A stretch of 64,000 nt of DNA from an uncultured bacterium (lineage in GTDB: Bacteria > CSSED10-310 > CAZUFC01). Location of the stretch: contig CAZUFC010000027.1 of the NCBI GenBank assembly GCA_964619725.1, positions 8,570-72,569 of the forward strand, given 5' to 3'. Position numbers and translations under genes: made by a program. Numbering within the stretch: position 1 is the stretch's first letter; the number at the start of each line of letters is the position of its first letter. The notes beneath the pieces were generated by a model. That model made no database searches and was not told where the DNA came from. It saw only the letters and a list, made by a program, of their open reading frames with translations. This document shows positions 1 through 10,800 of the stretch, piece by piece.

Positions 1-1857
1 GACAGCATCTTTTTCTGGCTGCCCCGATCCGTCAGAACATTCTCGCCCGTCGTTTACGTCGCACACAAGTTTCCAGGACTAGGAAAAGAATTCATGCCGC
101 CCCTGGATGAAGGAGCATTTCTGTATATGCCGACCACCATGCCGCATGCCTCCATCGGAGAAGCGCTGGATGTGGTGCAGAAACAGGACGTCGCCGTCAG
201 CGCCATACCGGAAGTGGAATCCGCAGTCGGTAAAATCGGCCGTGTCGACAGTCCGCTGGACCCGGCTCCCGTTTCCATGATTGAGACTATTATAAATTAC
301 AAATCAGAATTTATGACTGACCGTAAAGGGCGAACCGCAACCTTCCGATTCAATGAAGATGAGATCGATTTTTTCAGAGATGTCGAAGGAACGCCGCTGC
401 AGGCTCCCGACGGATACCCGTATTACGTTCAGGGGAAATTCCTGCGGGATGATGCGGGGCAGCTTATACCCGAAAAAGGCGGATATCCCTTCCGGTTATG
501 GCGTCCCGAACTGGACCCGGCGCTGAATGAAGAAAGAGAAAGATGGGAGGGAATACAATCTCCCGAAGATATATGGAATGCCATCGTCGAAGCGGCTCAA
601 ATCCCCGGTACTACCTCCGCCCCCGTATTGCAGCCCATATCCGCACGGCTGGTCATGCTTCAGAGCGGCATGAGAGCGCCTATGGGTTTGAAAATCAGGG
701 GACCGGACCTGGTTTCCATTGAAAAAGCCGGATTAGCGATTGAAAAATTCCTCAAACAGGTCCCCGCAGTCAAACCGGAAACCGTCTTCGCTGACAGGAT
801 TATCGGGAAACCCTACCTGGAGATTCGTATAGACCGTGAAAAGATAGCGCGTTACGGTATTATGCTTAAAAATGTCCAGGATGTCATTGAAACGGCCATA
901 GGAGGAAAACCGGTCACCATGACGGTCGAAGGACGGGAACGTTACGCCGTCAGGATTAGGTATCTTAGAGAACTGAGGGACACCCCGGAAGCCCTGGAAA
1001 AAATTTTGATTCCTGCTCCCGGCGACAGGCAAATACCGCTGAATCAACTGGCGCAAATAGAATACGTCAGAGGTCCCCAGGTGATTAAAAGCGAGGACAC
1101 TTTTTTAACGGGCTATGTTTTGTTCGATAAAAAAACGGCGTATGCTGAGACGGATACGGTTGAACAAGCCGATGATTACCTGCGCCTTAAAATGAAAAAT
1201 GGGGAATTGAAACTGCCCGCAGGCGTCAGCTTCTCCTTCGCCGGAAGCTATCAGAACCAGGTACGCGCTTCAAAAAAACTGGCCGTCGTTCTTCCCCTCG
1301 CTTTGATGATCATATTCGTCATTCTTTACCTCCAATTTAAACGCGTTTCAACTTCACTCCTGGTTTTTTCAGGCATCATTACCGCCTGGGCCGGAGGATT
1401 CATATTCATCTGGCTGTACGGACAATCCTGGTTCATGAACTTTTCACTCCTGGGAACCAACCTGAGAGACCTCTTTCAGATTCATACGTTAAACCTGAGC
1501 GTCGCTGTATGGGTCGGTTTTCTGGCCCTTTTCGGGATCGCTTCAGACGATGGAGTGGTCATGACGAGCTACCTGGAAAACGCCTTCTCAAAAAAGAAAA
1601 CAAATTCTATAGAAGACATCAGGAAAACGACGGTCAAAGCCGGTAAAAGAAGAGTCAGGGCCTGCCTAATGACGACAGCCACAACCATTCTCGCCCTTAT
1701 GCCCATTTTAACCTCAACCGGCCGTGGGGCAGACATCATGATCCCCATGGCCATCCCATCCTTCGGCGGCATGATGATCGAAGTCATTACCATGCTTATC
1801 GTGCCGGTCATCTATTGTGCGATTAAGGAGTTGAAATTCCGGCAAACCCCTGCTTAA
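1..1857 (+). CDS. CusA/CzcA-family heavy-metal RND efflux permease, 5'-truncated by the window edge
   Basis: Frame is open from base 1. Motifs GKEFMPPLDEG, DPAPVSMIET, SVAVWVGFLALFGIA and RVRACLMT...PMAIPSFGG are typical of CusA. Confidence 0.92.
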   Translation, partial: DSIFFWLPRSVRTFSPVVYVAHKFPGLGKEFMPPLDEGAFLYMPTTMPHASIGEALDVVQKQDVAVSAIPEVESAVGKIGRVDSPLDPAPVSMIETIINYKSEFMTDRKGRTATFRFNEDEIDFFRDVEGTPLQAPDGYPYYVQGKFLRDDAGQLIPEKGGYPFRLWRPELDPALNEERERWEGIQSPEDIWNAIVEAAQIPGTTSAPVLQPISARLVMLQSGMRAPMGLKIRGPDLVSIEKAGLAIEKFLKQVPAVKPETVFADRIIGKPYLEIRIDREKIARYGIMLKNVQDVIETAIGGKPVTMTVEGRERYAVRIRYLRELRDTPEALEKILIPAPGDRQIPLNQLAQIEYVRGPQVIKSEDTFLTGYVLFDKKTAYAETDTVEQADDYLRLKMKNGELKLPAGVSFSFAGSYQNQVRASKKLAVVLPLALMIIFVILYLQFKRVSTSLLVFSGIITAWAGGFIFIWLYGQSWFMNFSLLGTNLRDLFQIHTLNLSVAVWVGFLALFGIASDDGVVMTSYLENAFSKKKTNSIEDIRKTTVKAGKRRVRACLMTTATTILALMPILTSTGRGADIMIPMAIPSFGGMMIEVITMLIVPVIYCAIKELKFRQTPA

Positions 1858-1986
1858 ATATTGTAGCTGAAAAATTGATTAAAGACCTGTGGTAAATAGA
1901 GGGGGCTTCTATGAATTCACATTTTAAATTATCCCTATCAATTCGAAAGAACCTTCCAGCCCCTCGTATTTAAAACTGAGCTTAAC

Positions 1987-2096
1987 AAAGGAAGGCAAGG
2001 ATTTGCAAAGGATGCGCATTTGTTTTACGTTAACTGAGCAAATTCGCAACCTGACGCAGCATGGAGGGGAAATTCGCAGTCTATGGGCAAAAACTC
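1987..2096. repeat. Dispersed repeat, partial copy of the 22388-22534 element in inverted orientation
   Basis: aaggaaggcaaggattt...actgagcaaat...ctgacgca...gggaaattcg aligns with the reverse complement of about 22388-22496. Confidence 0.8.
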
Positions 2097-2097
2097 A

Positions 2098-2522
2098 GGG
2101 AATGATCAAGCCCAGGTTATACTTCTTTCAAAACTTTTGAAAATTTGTTTCTGGAATCGGGAGGCGATTCCGATATCGAAATAAACAGCCATTGATGAAA
2201 AGACAACGGTAAAGTCGTCAAACAGATAGTTGTGTGCAAGGTTCAATTTTTAATGAGGATTTAAATAAGTAAAAAGTTTTATATAAAAGTGCAGCCCCAA
2301 TACGATCAGTCCAAAAATTCCGTTTCTTTCTTAAGACGGTTAATTTTCAGATAACGGTTTAAGCTTATACAAATGATTTAATATGAAAGGCGTCCCTTCC
2401 GTCCTTTAGGTCCCTTAGGTCCCTTAGGTCCCTTTGTCCCTTTGTATTAAAGCCCCTGCCCGAATTCAATCAAATCCTGATCGCCCCGGCATAGTTCACT
2501 TCTTCGTTCAGCATGGCGCCGC
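2098..2522. repeat. ~430-bp composite repeat (TIR element, spacer, gtccctt tandem array, gene 3' remnant); inverted copy at 61475-61924
   Basis: Colinear similarity with the reverse complement of 61475-61924 (cttctttcaaaac, gccattgatgaa, aagtcgtcaaacagata, ccaaaaattc, gtcccttag array, ttaaagcccct). Confidence 0.85.
2392..2445. repeat. Short tandem repeat of 8/9-mers (gtcccttag / gtcccttt)
   Basis: Six units visible directly in the sequence. Confidence 0.9.
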
Positions 2523-2695
2523 GTGATTGAAGGTGCGGGGGATATGGACGCTCGTAATAGGTTTTGTATGAGAAATAAGGGCCGGCGCCTTTTCTCAGTT
2601 GCCGAACCATATTTCTTTAATGCAAAAGCATCTTGTTGCATAAGCTCAATGATGGTAACTTAACGGGGGAGTTGAAAGCATCAGGAGATGCCGGC

Positions 2696-4960
2696 ATGAC
2701 GGACGACAAAACATCTGACGGGTCGCGATATTACAATTTACTGTTTCCTTCTTTGCTCATGTTGCTGGTTCTGCTCATTTTTCTTCAAACACTGAATTTT
2801 GGATTAACGGGTTATGATGAAAAATGGCAGGTATTGGAAAATCCGCTGATACGGGGGCTGGGATTCGATTATATTTACAGGATGTTCACACGGCTCTGGA
2901 TCACCAGTTACTATCCCGTCAGACTTCTCTCTTTTGCCCTGGATTATGCCGTATGGGGTCTGGATCCCACTGGGTACCATCTGACGAACCTGCTGCTGCA
3001 CCTGCTCAACGTGCTTCTGGCCTTCATGTTGATTCTTAAATTGCAGGACAACCTTGAACCGAAAGCTTTTTTCGTTGAATTTGCAGAGGATGAAAATGGA
3101 TTCTTCAAAAAATGCGGGGCTCTATTCAGAAAAAAAATGGATCGTTTTCTGGCGCTTCCTCCACGTAAAATCACCATTTCCGCTATTGCAGCCGGTTTAT
3201 TTGCCGTCCATCCCGTCGTAGTGGAACCGGTCGCCTGGATCGGAGGACGGGAAGAACTCCTGGCCGTTTTTTTCAGCTTAATCGCTTTTCATTTTTATCT
3301 GGCTTATGCTTTTTTGCGGGAAAAGACTCAAACTGATGATGAGGGAGCTGAAAAGCAAAAGCTGAAAAACAGGTATCTGGGGATAGCTGTCGCTAGTTTC
3401 GCTGCGGCTTGTCTCAGCAATATTACTGCCGCTGTTTTGCCGTTTATTCTGGTTTGTTATGAATTTCTGCGAGTGAAAAATATATCGAAAACTCTGAAAT
3501 CAGCTTCTGCAATCCTTTACTTCCTGGTTATCACTCTGATTGCTGTCGGCGTAAAACTAAGCCTGGCCGGAGATGCCCCTTCTATGCTGCGAAGGGGGGA
3601 TGCGGCTGCACTTACCTTAACAGAGCGATTATTGACGGCTTTGAACTCCTTGTGGTTTAACGTCAGGAGTCTCATCTGGCCCTTCGATCTGACTGTCAGG
3701 TATCCCAATTTCGTGCCGGAAAGCATTTTTACGCCGGGTGTTATTGCCGGGGTTTTTATCATTGGGATTTTTGTTTTTCTTCTGTTGGAGGCGTTCAAAA
3801 GGCGACTGCTGTCGTTCGGGATTCTCTGGTTCCTCATTGCCCTGTCGCCGGGCCTCCTGGTTTTTAATAAGTATGTTTTCAGAGCAGACCGGTTTTTGTA
3901 TTTCCCTCTGATCGGACTGGCTCTGGCAGTTTCCTATCTGATCAGGGAAGCGCTGACGAACAAAAAGAAAACCGGTTTAACGACAGCATTGACGATCGTT
4001 ATTCTTGGGTTCTTCACCGTCCGCAGCATTTCCCAGGTGCAGATATGGCAGAATGGACTGACTCTGTTCCATCATGCTGTCAAAGCAAACAAGAATTTTT
4101 ATACAGGATATATTTTGCTGGGTGAGGAGCTGGCGGCTCAAGGAAAAGCTGCCGAAGCCGCGGGAATGTTCGAGACGGCCATGAGATTAAACCCTCAACT
4201 GCCTGACAGTTACAATAATCTGGGCTTGCTCCTGCAGTTGAGCGGAAAAAAAGAAGAAGCTTTTAAACTGTATCGGCAGGCTCTGGAAATTGATCCGGCA
4301 TCTCCGAAAGCTCATTTCAACATGGGTAATTATTTCCGGGACCAGATGAAATTAGAAGAAGCTGCGGCTCATTACAGGAAAGCTCTTGAAAAAAACCCGG
4401 AAGACATCAGAATACTCAATAACCTCGGTTTGACTCTCGCTGATATGGGAAATCTGAACGAAGCGGAATACTATTTCAAGAAAGCCCTTGCGACAGGTAT
4501 GGACGATGCTTTGACTTTTTATAACCTGGGTAATGTAGTGAAGGCGCAGGGCAGACTTCAGGAGGCTTTGAATTACTTTATGCGGGCTCTCGAAAAAAAT
4601 CCCCAAAACGTTAAAGTTCTCAACAACCTGGGTATAACTCTGGCCGGAATGCGACAATACGATCAGGCGATGAAACATTTCAGCCGGGCGGTCGACATAT
4701 ATCCGGAATATCCCGATACTTATTACAACATGGGCGTAGCGCTGATGGAAATGGGACGATTTCAGAATGCCGAGGCGCAATACAGGAAGGCGTTGCAGAT
4801 AGCGCCTGATTACGCCGCAGCTCTTTTCAACCTCGGAGTGCTGCATTTTCGTACGGGAAACCCGCAGGCTGCGCTGAAGGACCTGGAGAGGCTGGAAAAG
4901 ATCGATCCGAACCTGGCGAAACGTCTATATGATATGATGAACGGAGATGCCGGGCCGTAA
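2696..4960 (+). CDS. TMTC-like GT-C membrane protein with C-terminal TPR array (putative protein O-glycosyltransferase)
   Basis: YDE...ENP, GYHLTN, FAVHPVVVEPVAWIGGR and ADRFLYFP motifs, many TM segments, multiple NNLG TPRs. ATG 2696 follows AGGAG. Confidence 0.8.
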   Translation: MTDDKTSDGSRYYNLLFPSLLMLLVLLIFLQTLNFGLTGYDEKWQVLENPLIRGLGFDYIYRMFTRLWITSYYPVRLLSFALDYAVWGLDPTGYHLTNLLLHLLNVLLAFMLILKLQDNLEPKAFFVEFAEDENGFFKKCGALFRKKMDRFLALPPRKITISAIAAGLFAVHPVVVEPVAWIGGREELLAVFFSLIAFHFYLAYAFLREKTQTDDEGAEKQKLKNRYLGIAVASFAAACLSNITAAVLPFILVCYEFLRVKNISKTLKSASAILYFLVITLIAVGVKLSLAGDAPSMLRRGDAAALTLTERLLTALNSLWFNVRSLIWPFDLTVRYPNFVPESIFTPGVIAGVFIIGIFVFLLLEAFKRRLLSFGILWFLIALSPGLLVFNKYVFRADRFLYFPLIGLALAVSYLIREALTNKKKTGLTTALTIVILGFFTVRSISQVQIWQNGLTLFHHAVKANKNFYTGYILLGEELAAQGKAAEAAGMFETAMRLNPQLPDSYNNLGLLLQLSGKKEEAFKLYRQALEIDPASPKAHFNMGNYFRDQMKLEEAAAHYRKALEKNPEDIRILNNLGLTLADMGNLNEAEYYFKKALATGMDDALTFYNLGNVVKAQGRLQEALNYFMRALEKNPQNVKVLNNLGITLAGMRQYDQAMKHFSRAVDIYPEYPDTYYNMGVALMEMGRFQNAEAQYRKALQIAPDYAAALFNLGVLHFRTGNPQAALKDLERLEKIDPNLAKRLYDMMNGDAGP

Positions 4961-7337
4961 AAGGCAGCCGGATTCCAAAGGAAAAATGTCGGAAAAAGAA
5001 TCAGTCAAAAATCGGCAGGATGCAGGCCGCTTTCGCTCCAGCAAAATATTGAATTATCAGAATATAAGTAAATCAATGCTCCCGGCGCTGTTGATATTCA
5101 CTTTTGCGGTCTACTCCAACAGCATGAATAATGATTTCACTTATGACGATCCTTTGGTGACTTTTCAGAGTTCTTTAACCCGTGGAGAAGTTCCCTGGCA
5201 AGTCCTTTTTACGGCAGATTATTTCGAGATGTCCTTCGAAGCGTCGTACCGGCCCATGGTTACTTTGACTTATATGTCGGATCATTTTTTCTGGAATTTC
5301 AATCCGATGGGTTACCATCTGACGAATATTCTGATTCATCTGGCGAATGTCGTGCTGGGTTATTATCTTTTGATCCGGTTGTTCGGTTTTACGACCGCTG
5401 CTGCCGGCGCCGCATTGTTCGGCATTCATCCCGGATTGACCGAAACGGTTAATGCTGTCGCTTTTCGTGAGGATTCTCTCTGCCTGATGTTTTCATTGGG
5501 TGCGCTGCTCCTGCTTCTGAAGGACAGAAAAAAGATTGAACCGTTGACCGTTGCGGGTTCCTCGATTCTTTTTGCCGCGGCATTGTTATCCAAAGAAAAT
5601 GCGCTCATCATGCCGGTCGCGGCCGCTGCGACGGTGTGGATCATGAAAGGCAGAAAAGCGTTCAAAAAAAGAATAGTCGAATGGTTCGCCTGGTCCGGCA
5701 TCACCATTATTTTTCTCATAATCAGATTCGTAATTCTAGGCAATCCGAACCGTGATCCCGTATTTACTTACCAGATGACTCCTTTACAGAAAATTCTCAA
5801 CGCTCCCGTTATGATTCTAAGGATGCTGGAGACGGCGCTCATGCCGGTAGTGCTGTCGGCTGATCATGAATTCACCCCTTATGTCTCACTGTTGAATATT
5901 CACGTTATAGTCGGCTGGACGGTATTAATTTTCATGATGGTTCTGCTTTTCAAAGCCGGTAAAAAATGGAAATGGCCAGTCGCCTGGTTCCTCATCACCA
6001 TGCTGCCGGTTTTAAATGTGTATCCGCTCACGCAACCCATTGCCGAACGCTTCCTGTATATGCCTTTTGTAGGAATAGCCGCAGCCTTCGGATACATTGT
6101 AAGCCGCTATTGGATGCACCGCTATGTTAAATTTGCAGTCGTTATAGTATTGATGTTAGCGGCTTCAAAGACTTACGTGAGGAACAGGGATTGGAAAGAC
6201 AACTGGACTTTGTTCAATGCCGCTTACAAGTATCCGCATACATACCGCACTTTGACTAATCTGGCTCCCCTGTTAAGAGAGCAGGGGCGTCATGAACAAT
6301 CACTGGCTCTGATAAGGCAAGCGATAAAAAAAAGTCCCCACGTAGCGCAGCTTTACAGCAACCTGTGCCTGGGCTTGATCCGTGTGGGTGAATTTGAAGA
6401 AGCGGCGGCTGCCGGTGAAAAAGCCCTTCTGTTGAAACCCGATTATCCCGCGACGCATCACAACTTAGGCTATGCATACTATAAAATGGGCTATATGGAC
6501 AAGGCTGTCCATGCACTGGAAAAGAGCCTGGAGCTGGACGACAAACTGGTGAAGTCCTTTATGCTGCTCGCTGAGATATATCAGAAAACAGGCCGGCACG
6601 GAAAAGCGGTGAATTACGCATACAGGGCTCTCCAACTGGACCCCGAATCATTGGAAACTCATCAGTCTCTGGCAGATATTCTCATTGCTCAGGAAAAATG
6701 GCAGGAAGCGGAAAAAGTGATAAAAAATATCCTCTCAATCGATCCCCAAAATGCAGGAATGCACTATAGGCTGGGTACGGTTTATTCCGCCCGGAAAGAA
6801 AACAGGGCCGCAATAAGGGAATACTCCACTGTAATCTCATTAGTTCCTGCCCATATTGAAGCCAGGATGAGATTAGGAATAGAACTGAGAAGAACAGGCA
6901 ACCTGGAATCCGCTTTAAGAGAATTAGATACCGTCCGCCGCATAGCCCCAAACGATCCGAGGGCCCGCTTTATGCTCGGTTCATGTTTATATGAATCAGG
7001 CAGCTATAAAAAAGGCATAGAAGCAATGAACCACGCTATCAGCATTGATCAGAATTATCTGCCTGCATTGCTGGAAATCGCTCTCGCCTACGCATTTGTT
7101 CCGCAAGAGAATCTGAAAAATATACCCAAAGCGATTCAGCAAGCGGAAAAAGCAGTCATGTTGACGGAAAGCAAAGATTGGGCAGTATTAATAGTAAAGT
7201 CAAAAGTGATGAAAGCCGCCGGAAAGGCAGAGCAAGCAAAAATAGCGATAAACAAAGCAGAAAGCCTGAAGAACGAAGGCGGAGACACCGTAGCGCCGGG
7301 CATTGATGAGGTGCTGCCAATATATATCAGGGATTGA
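4947..7337 (+). CDS. TMTC-like GT-C membrane protein with TPR array
   Basis: YDD...YRPM, GYHLTN, IHP...ETVNAVAFRE, SKE and AERFLYMP motifs, followed by TPRs. Start codon uncertain. Confidence 0.8.
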   Translation: MPGRKRQPDSKGKMSEKESVKNRQDAGRFRSSKILNYQNISKSMLPALLIFTFAVYSNSMNNDFTYDDPLVTFQSSLTRGEVPWQVLFTADYFEMSFEASYRPMVTLTYMSDHFFWNFNPMGYHLTNILIHLANVVLGYYLLIRLFGFTTAAAGAALFGIHPGLTETVNAVAFREDSLCLMFSLGALLLLLKDRKKIEPLTVAGSSILFAAALLSKENALIMPVAAAATVWIMKGRKAFKKRIVEWFAWSGITIIFLIIRFVILGNPNRDPVFTYQMTPLQKILNAPVMILRMLETALMPVVLSADHEFTPYVSLLNIHVIVGWTVLIFMMVLLFKAGKKWKWPVAWFLITMLPVLNVYPLTQPIAERFLYMPFVGIAAAFGYIVSRYWMHRYVKFAVVIVLMLAASKTYVRNRDWKDNWTLFNAAYKYPHTYRTLTNLAPLLREQGRHEQSLALIRQAIKKSPHVAQLYSNLCLGLIRVGEFEEAAAAGEKALLLKPDYPATHHNLGYAYYKMGYMDKAVHALEKSLELDDKLVKSFMLLAEIYQKTGRHGKAVNYAYRALQLDPESLETHQSLADILIAQEKWQEAEKVIKNILSIDPQNAGMHYRLGTVYSARKENRAAIREYSTVISLVPAHIEARMRLGIELRRTGNLESALRELDTVRRIAPNDPRARFMLGSCLYESGSYKKGIEAMNHAISIDQNYLPALLEIALAYAFVPQENLKNIPKAIQQAEKAVMLTESKDWAVLIVKSKVMKAAGKAEQAKIAINKAESLKNEGGDTVAPGIDEVLPIYIRD

Positions 7338-7341
7338 CGAG

Positions 7342-7675
7342 GGGGTCAGAGCCCTTCCGGAAGCCTTGACAGATATATGGTACCATCTGAGCGATATGCC
7401 GACAGCTCGTTCCCAACTGGCTGCAGCCGTTTGCGAAAGAAGCATTTATGTGCTCGGCGGCAATGACGGCGACAACATTACCGTCGATCTCAACGAAGAA
7501 TTTCTGGCCCCTGAAGTCTTTTATATTCATGAAAAAGATTAGGGGGAATGCTTAACCCGGTAAGTCTGCCGTCTCTAAACTTCAGTCTCAAGCAAAGAAT
7601 ATCAATGCGCTGCCGAGGGCTCTGACCCCTTCGCAAATCCTTCCTGGGCCTTTAAGTGCGGAGGGCTCTGACCCC
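7342..7675. repeat. GGGGTCAGAGCCC motif cluster (7342 +, 7617 -, 7663 -; the last two lie in a ~46-bp tandem unit)
   Basis: Exact 13-mer. Further copies at 11592, 14474, 14999, 15110, 22769 and 22812. Confidence 0.9.
7366..7542 (+). pseudogene. C-terminal fragment of a Kelch-repeat protein
   Basis: WYHLSDMPTARSQLAAAVCERSIYVLGG is one Kelch blade. It has no N-terminus and begins just after the 7342 motif. Confidence 0.7.
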
Positions 7676-7857
7676 CTAGCAAATTCTTCCTGGGCTTTAA
7701 AATCCCCTCCTCAGCGTTGAATTGGGCAGGTCTCTTCCTCTGCCAGCGCCTAAGTGTGAACAAGACATCATAAAGTTTGGACAAAGGAGGGATATGTCTG
7801 TAAATTATCATTGAATTTTTCTTTTTGCCCGTCGGTTAACATGTGTAGGATTCAAAT

Positions 7858-10800
7858 ATGAGGGAAAACTTATCATCAGTCAACCAGGAGTGGCTTGATT
7901 CTTTCAGGAAAGAATGGGACGGTTCTGTGGAGGGTAAGCAGAGGGCGACTGTAAGCGGCGGCGACAAGGTTCGTCTGAAGGGCGGCGAGCGGCGATATGT
8001 TACGGCGATGCATCTGGATTTAAAGGGATATACATCTTTATCGGAGAAGCTGGATCATGAAGTTGTGGCTGATATGATGGACGGTTTGTTCGATTCCATT
8101 AAGAGGAGGATCGACGCTTACGGGGGATGGATAGAGAAGCTGGAAGGCGATGCGATACTGGCTGCATTCGGTTCGATGAAGGCGCATGAAGATGATGCCG
8201 TCAGAGCGGTGGAAGCGGCGCTGTCGATTCAGGAATCTTTGTCTCGTGTGAGTTCATTGTTAAGAGAACGAGGGTTTGACATCCTCATTCGCATCGGCAT
8301 CCATTCCGGTGAAGTGACGAGGACGCGTCGCTCCGGATATGACGTCATTACGGGCGATACGGTGAATACTGCGGCCCGGATTGAGCAGAACAGCGAACCG
8401 GGAGCCACAGTGATTTCTGACGAAGTCATGAAGTTGACTGGAGGATTTTTCCGGTATGGGGAATGTGAGGAAATTAAGGCTAAAGGGAAAAAAGCGCCGA
8501 TAAAGGTCTATCCGGTTAAAGGGCATGCGGTTCGAAGGGAGCGTTGGGAAAGGTCGTTTTTATCGGCTCGCACTGGATTTATAGGCCGCAAAGCTGAACT
8601 TAACCGATTGCGTGAGCTGTATGACGGAAGCAGTGAAAGTTGTATCAGGACAGAAGAAGATAAACAGCGAAGGACTCATGATATTGTAGTCGCAGGCATA
8701 GAAGGACCAGCCGGCATGGGTAAATCCCGTCTTGTCGATGAATTTCTTCTACGCTTGAAAACTGAAAAAGAAACTAAAAATACTGGGAATAAAATTCCTG
8801 TTTTCAAAGGATTTGCGCGCAGCTACGCGTCCAGGCCTTTCGAGATTTTTATATCTCTCATCATGGACTTCCTGGGTTTGTCCAGCTTCAGCGTTGACGT
8901 CCAAAAACGGCTTGAAGAAATGATAGATAAGATTCCGGCATCTTATGAGAAAAAAGATGAACTGCGTAAAGCCCTTCCCATGCTGGGTTATTTGATCGGC
9001 ATACGCTACGACGATCCGCGGTTCGGTTTGCTTGATCCTCAAAACCTGCAGACAGAAATTTTTATCGCTCTCAGACATTTGATAGAAGAATTCATTGTAC
9101 ATCAACGACAAAAGCAACAAAACACGGTTATTCTGGTTTTTGAAGATTTTCATTGGGCAGATGAATCGTCACGGAAAGCATTCTCTTTTTTACTGAAAAA
9201 TATGCAACCCAAATGTCCTCTGATGATCCTCACCGTGTATCGGCCGGAAGGACCGCCGGGGTTGCCGACAATCGGGAATTTCGAGTTTTTTCATATACGG
9301 CCTTCCGGTTTTTCTAAAGAGGATGAAACGGCTCTAATAGAAGGCATGTTGGGAGAAAAGACAGTCCTGCCGCAGAAATTGAAAAACCTCATTAATCAAA
9401 AAGGGGCCGGCAATCCCTATTATATTGAAGAACTCGTTCACCACATGGTCGATAAAAACATCATCAAGCAAACAGGGGAAAAATGGAGATTCACAGGTGA
9501 TTTTTCCGCGGCGGGCATTCCCGTGACGCTCCGGGGACTTATTCAAGCTCGTATCGATTCGCTGAAATCGGATTCAAAGCGAGTGATTCAAAACGCCTCG
9601 GTTATCGGATCAGAATTTTTTTTCGATACCCTAAAACGGGTTATGGACCGTCTGGAAGAAAAATTGAACTTGGAATATTCCCTGAATGAATTGGCAGAGC
9701 TTTCCTTTATTTCAGGTGATGAAGAGGTTGCTCTGGTTGTGGATGAAACCGGAATTGGAGACAAGGACGACGATGAAGCGCCTGGCTCCTCTCGCAAGTT
9801 TTATGCCTTTAAGCATGTATTAACGCGAGACGTAGCTTATGAATCGCTTAGACTGTCTGACCGGCGAATTTTACATCAATTATGCGCGGAAGTGATCGAA
9901 GAAAAATACGCTTCTAACCTGTCCAATTTTCACACTATACTGGCCGAACACTGGGAAATGTGCGGGAATCTTGAGAAAGCCGTCGATTATTATTGGAAAG
10001 TGGGGAAGAAAGCGGCTGAAACTTTTGATAATGAGCAGGCGCTGAAAGCTTATACGAAAATTATTGAATTCATGTCCGATGACGAAATTCATGCTGATTT
10101 CATAAGCAAGGTTCTGGAGAAGCGCGGAATAATTTTTAAACTTATCGGACAGATGGACATGGCGGAAAAGGATTTCCATCGGGGATTGCTGCTGGCAGGC
10201 AAGTATAATGATAAAGCCCGTGAAGCTGCATTTTTATTGAGAATCGGCAAGATTGATTTTGACAGAGGTCATTATGATTCTGCATTCAACAAATATAAAA
10301 GCGCGTCAGATTACTCGCGGCTGAGCTTCGATTTTTTTCTTGAAGCCCTTTCCCAATTGAATATAGGTCTGTCGTTAATGGCAAAAGGAGAATATGAAGA
10401 AGCCGAAAAATGGATAATGCAAGCAAGAAGAACAGCTCAAAAAAAGGAAAACATGGAAGTTGAGATGCTCGCCCTGGATTCACTCGGTCGACTTTATTAT
10501 ACGAAAGCCGATTTTGACGACTCTGCGGATTGTTACCGACAATCGATCGAACTGAGTCGTGAACTGGGCGACAGAAGATCGGAGAGCGCATCGATGACTA
10601 ATCTGGCCGGCGTATTCCTGGAAAAGAAGAAGTATGAGAAAGCTAAGTTTTATCTGGAACAGGCTTTAAAAATAGTCCAGGAAACAGGCGACCGAAAAAC
10701 CGAATGTGCGACTTACAATAACATGGCCAATATTCACATACACATGAAACAGTATGATGAAGCGCTCGAATTATACAGGAGGTCAGCTCAAGTGGCATCC

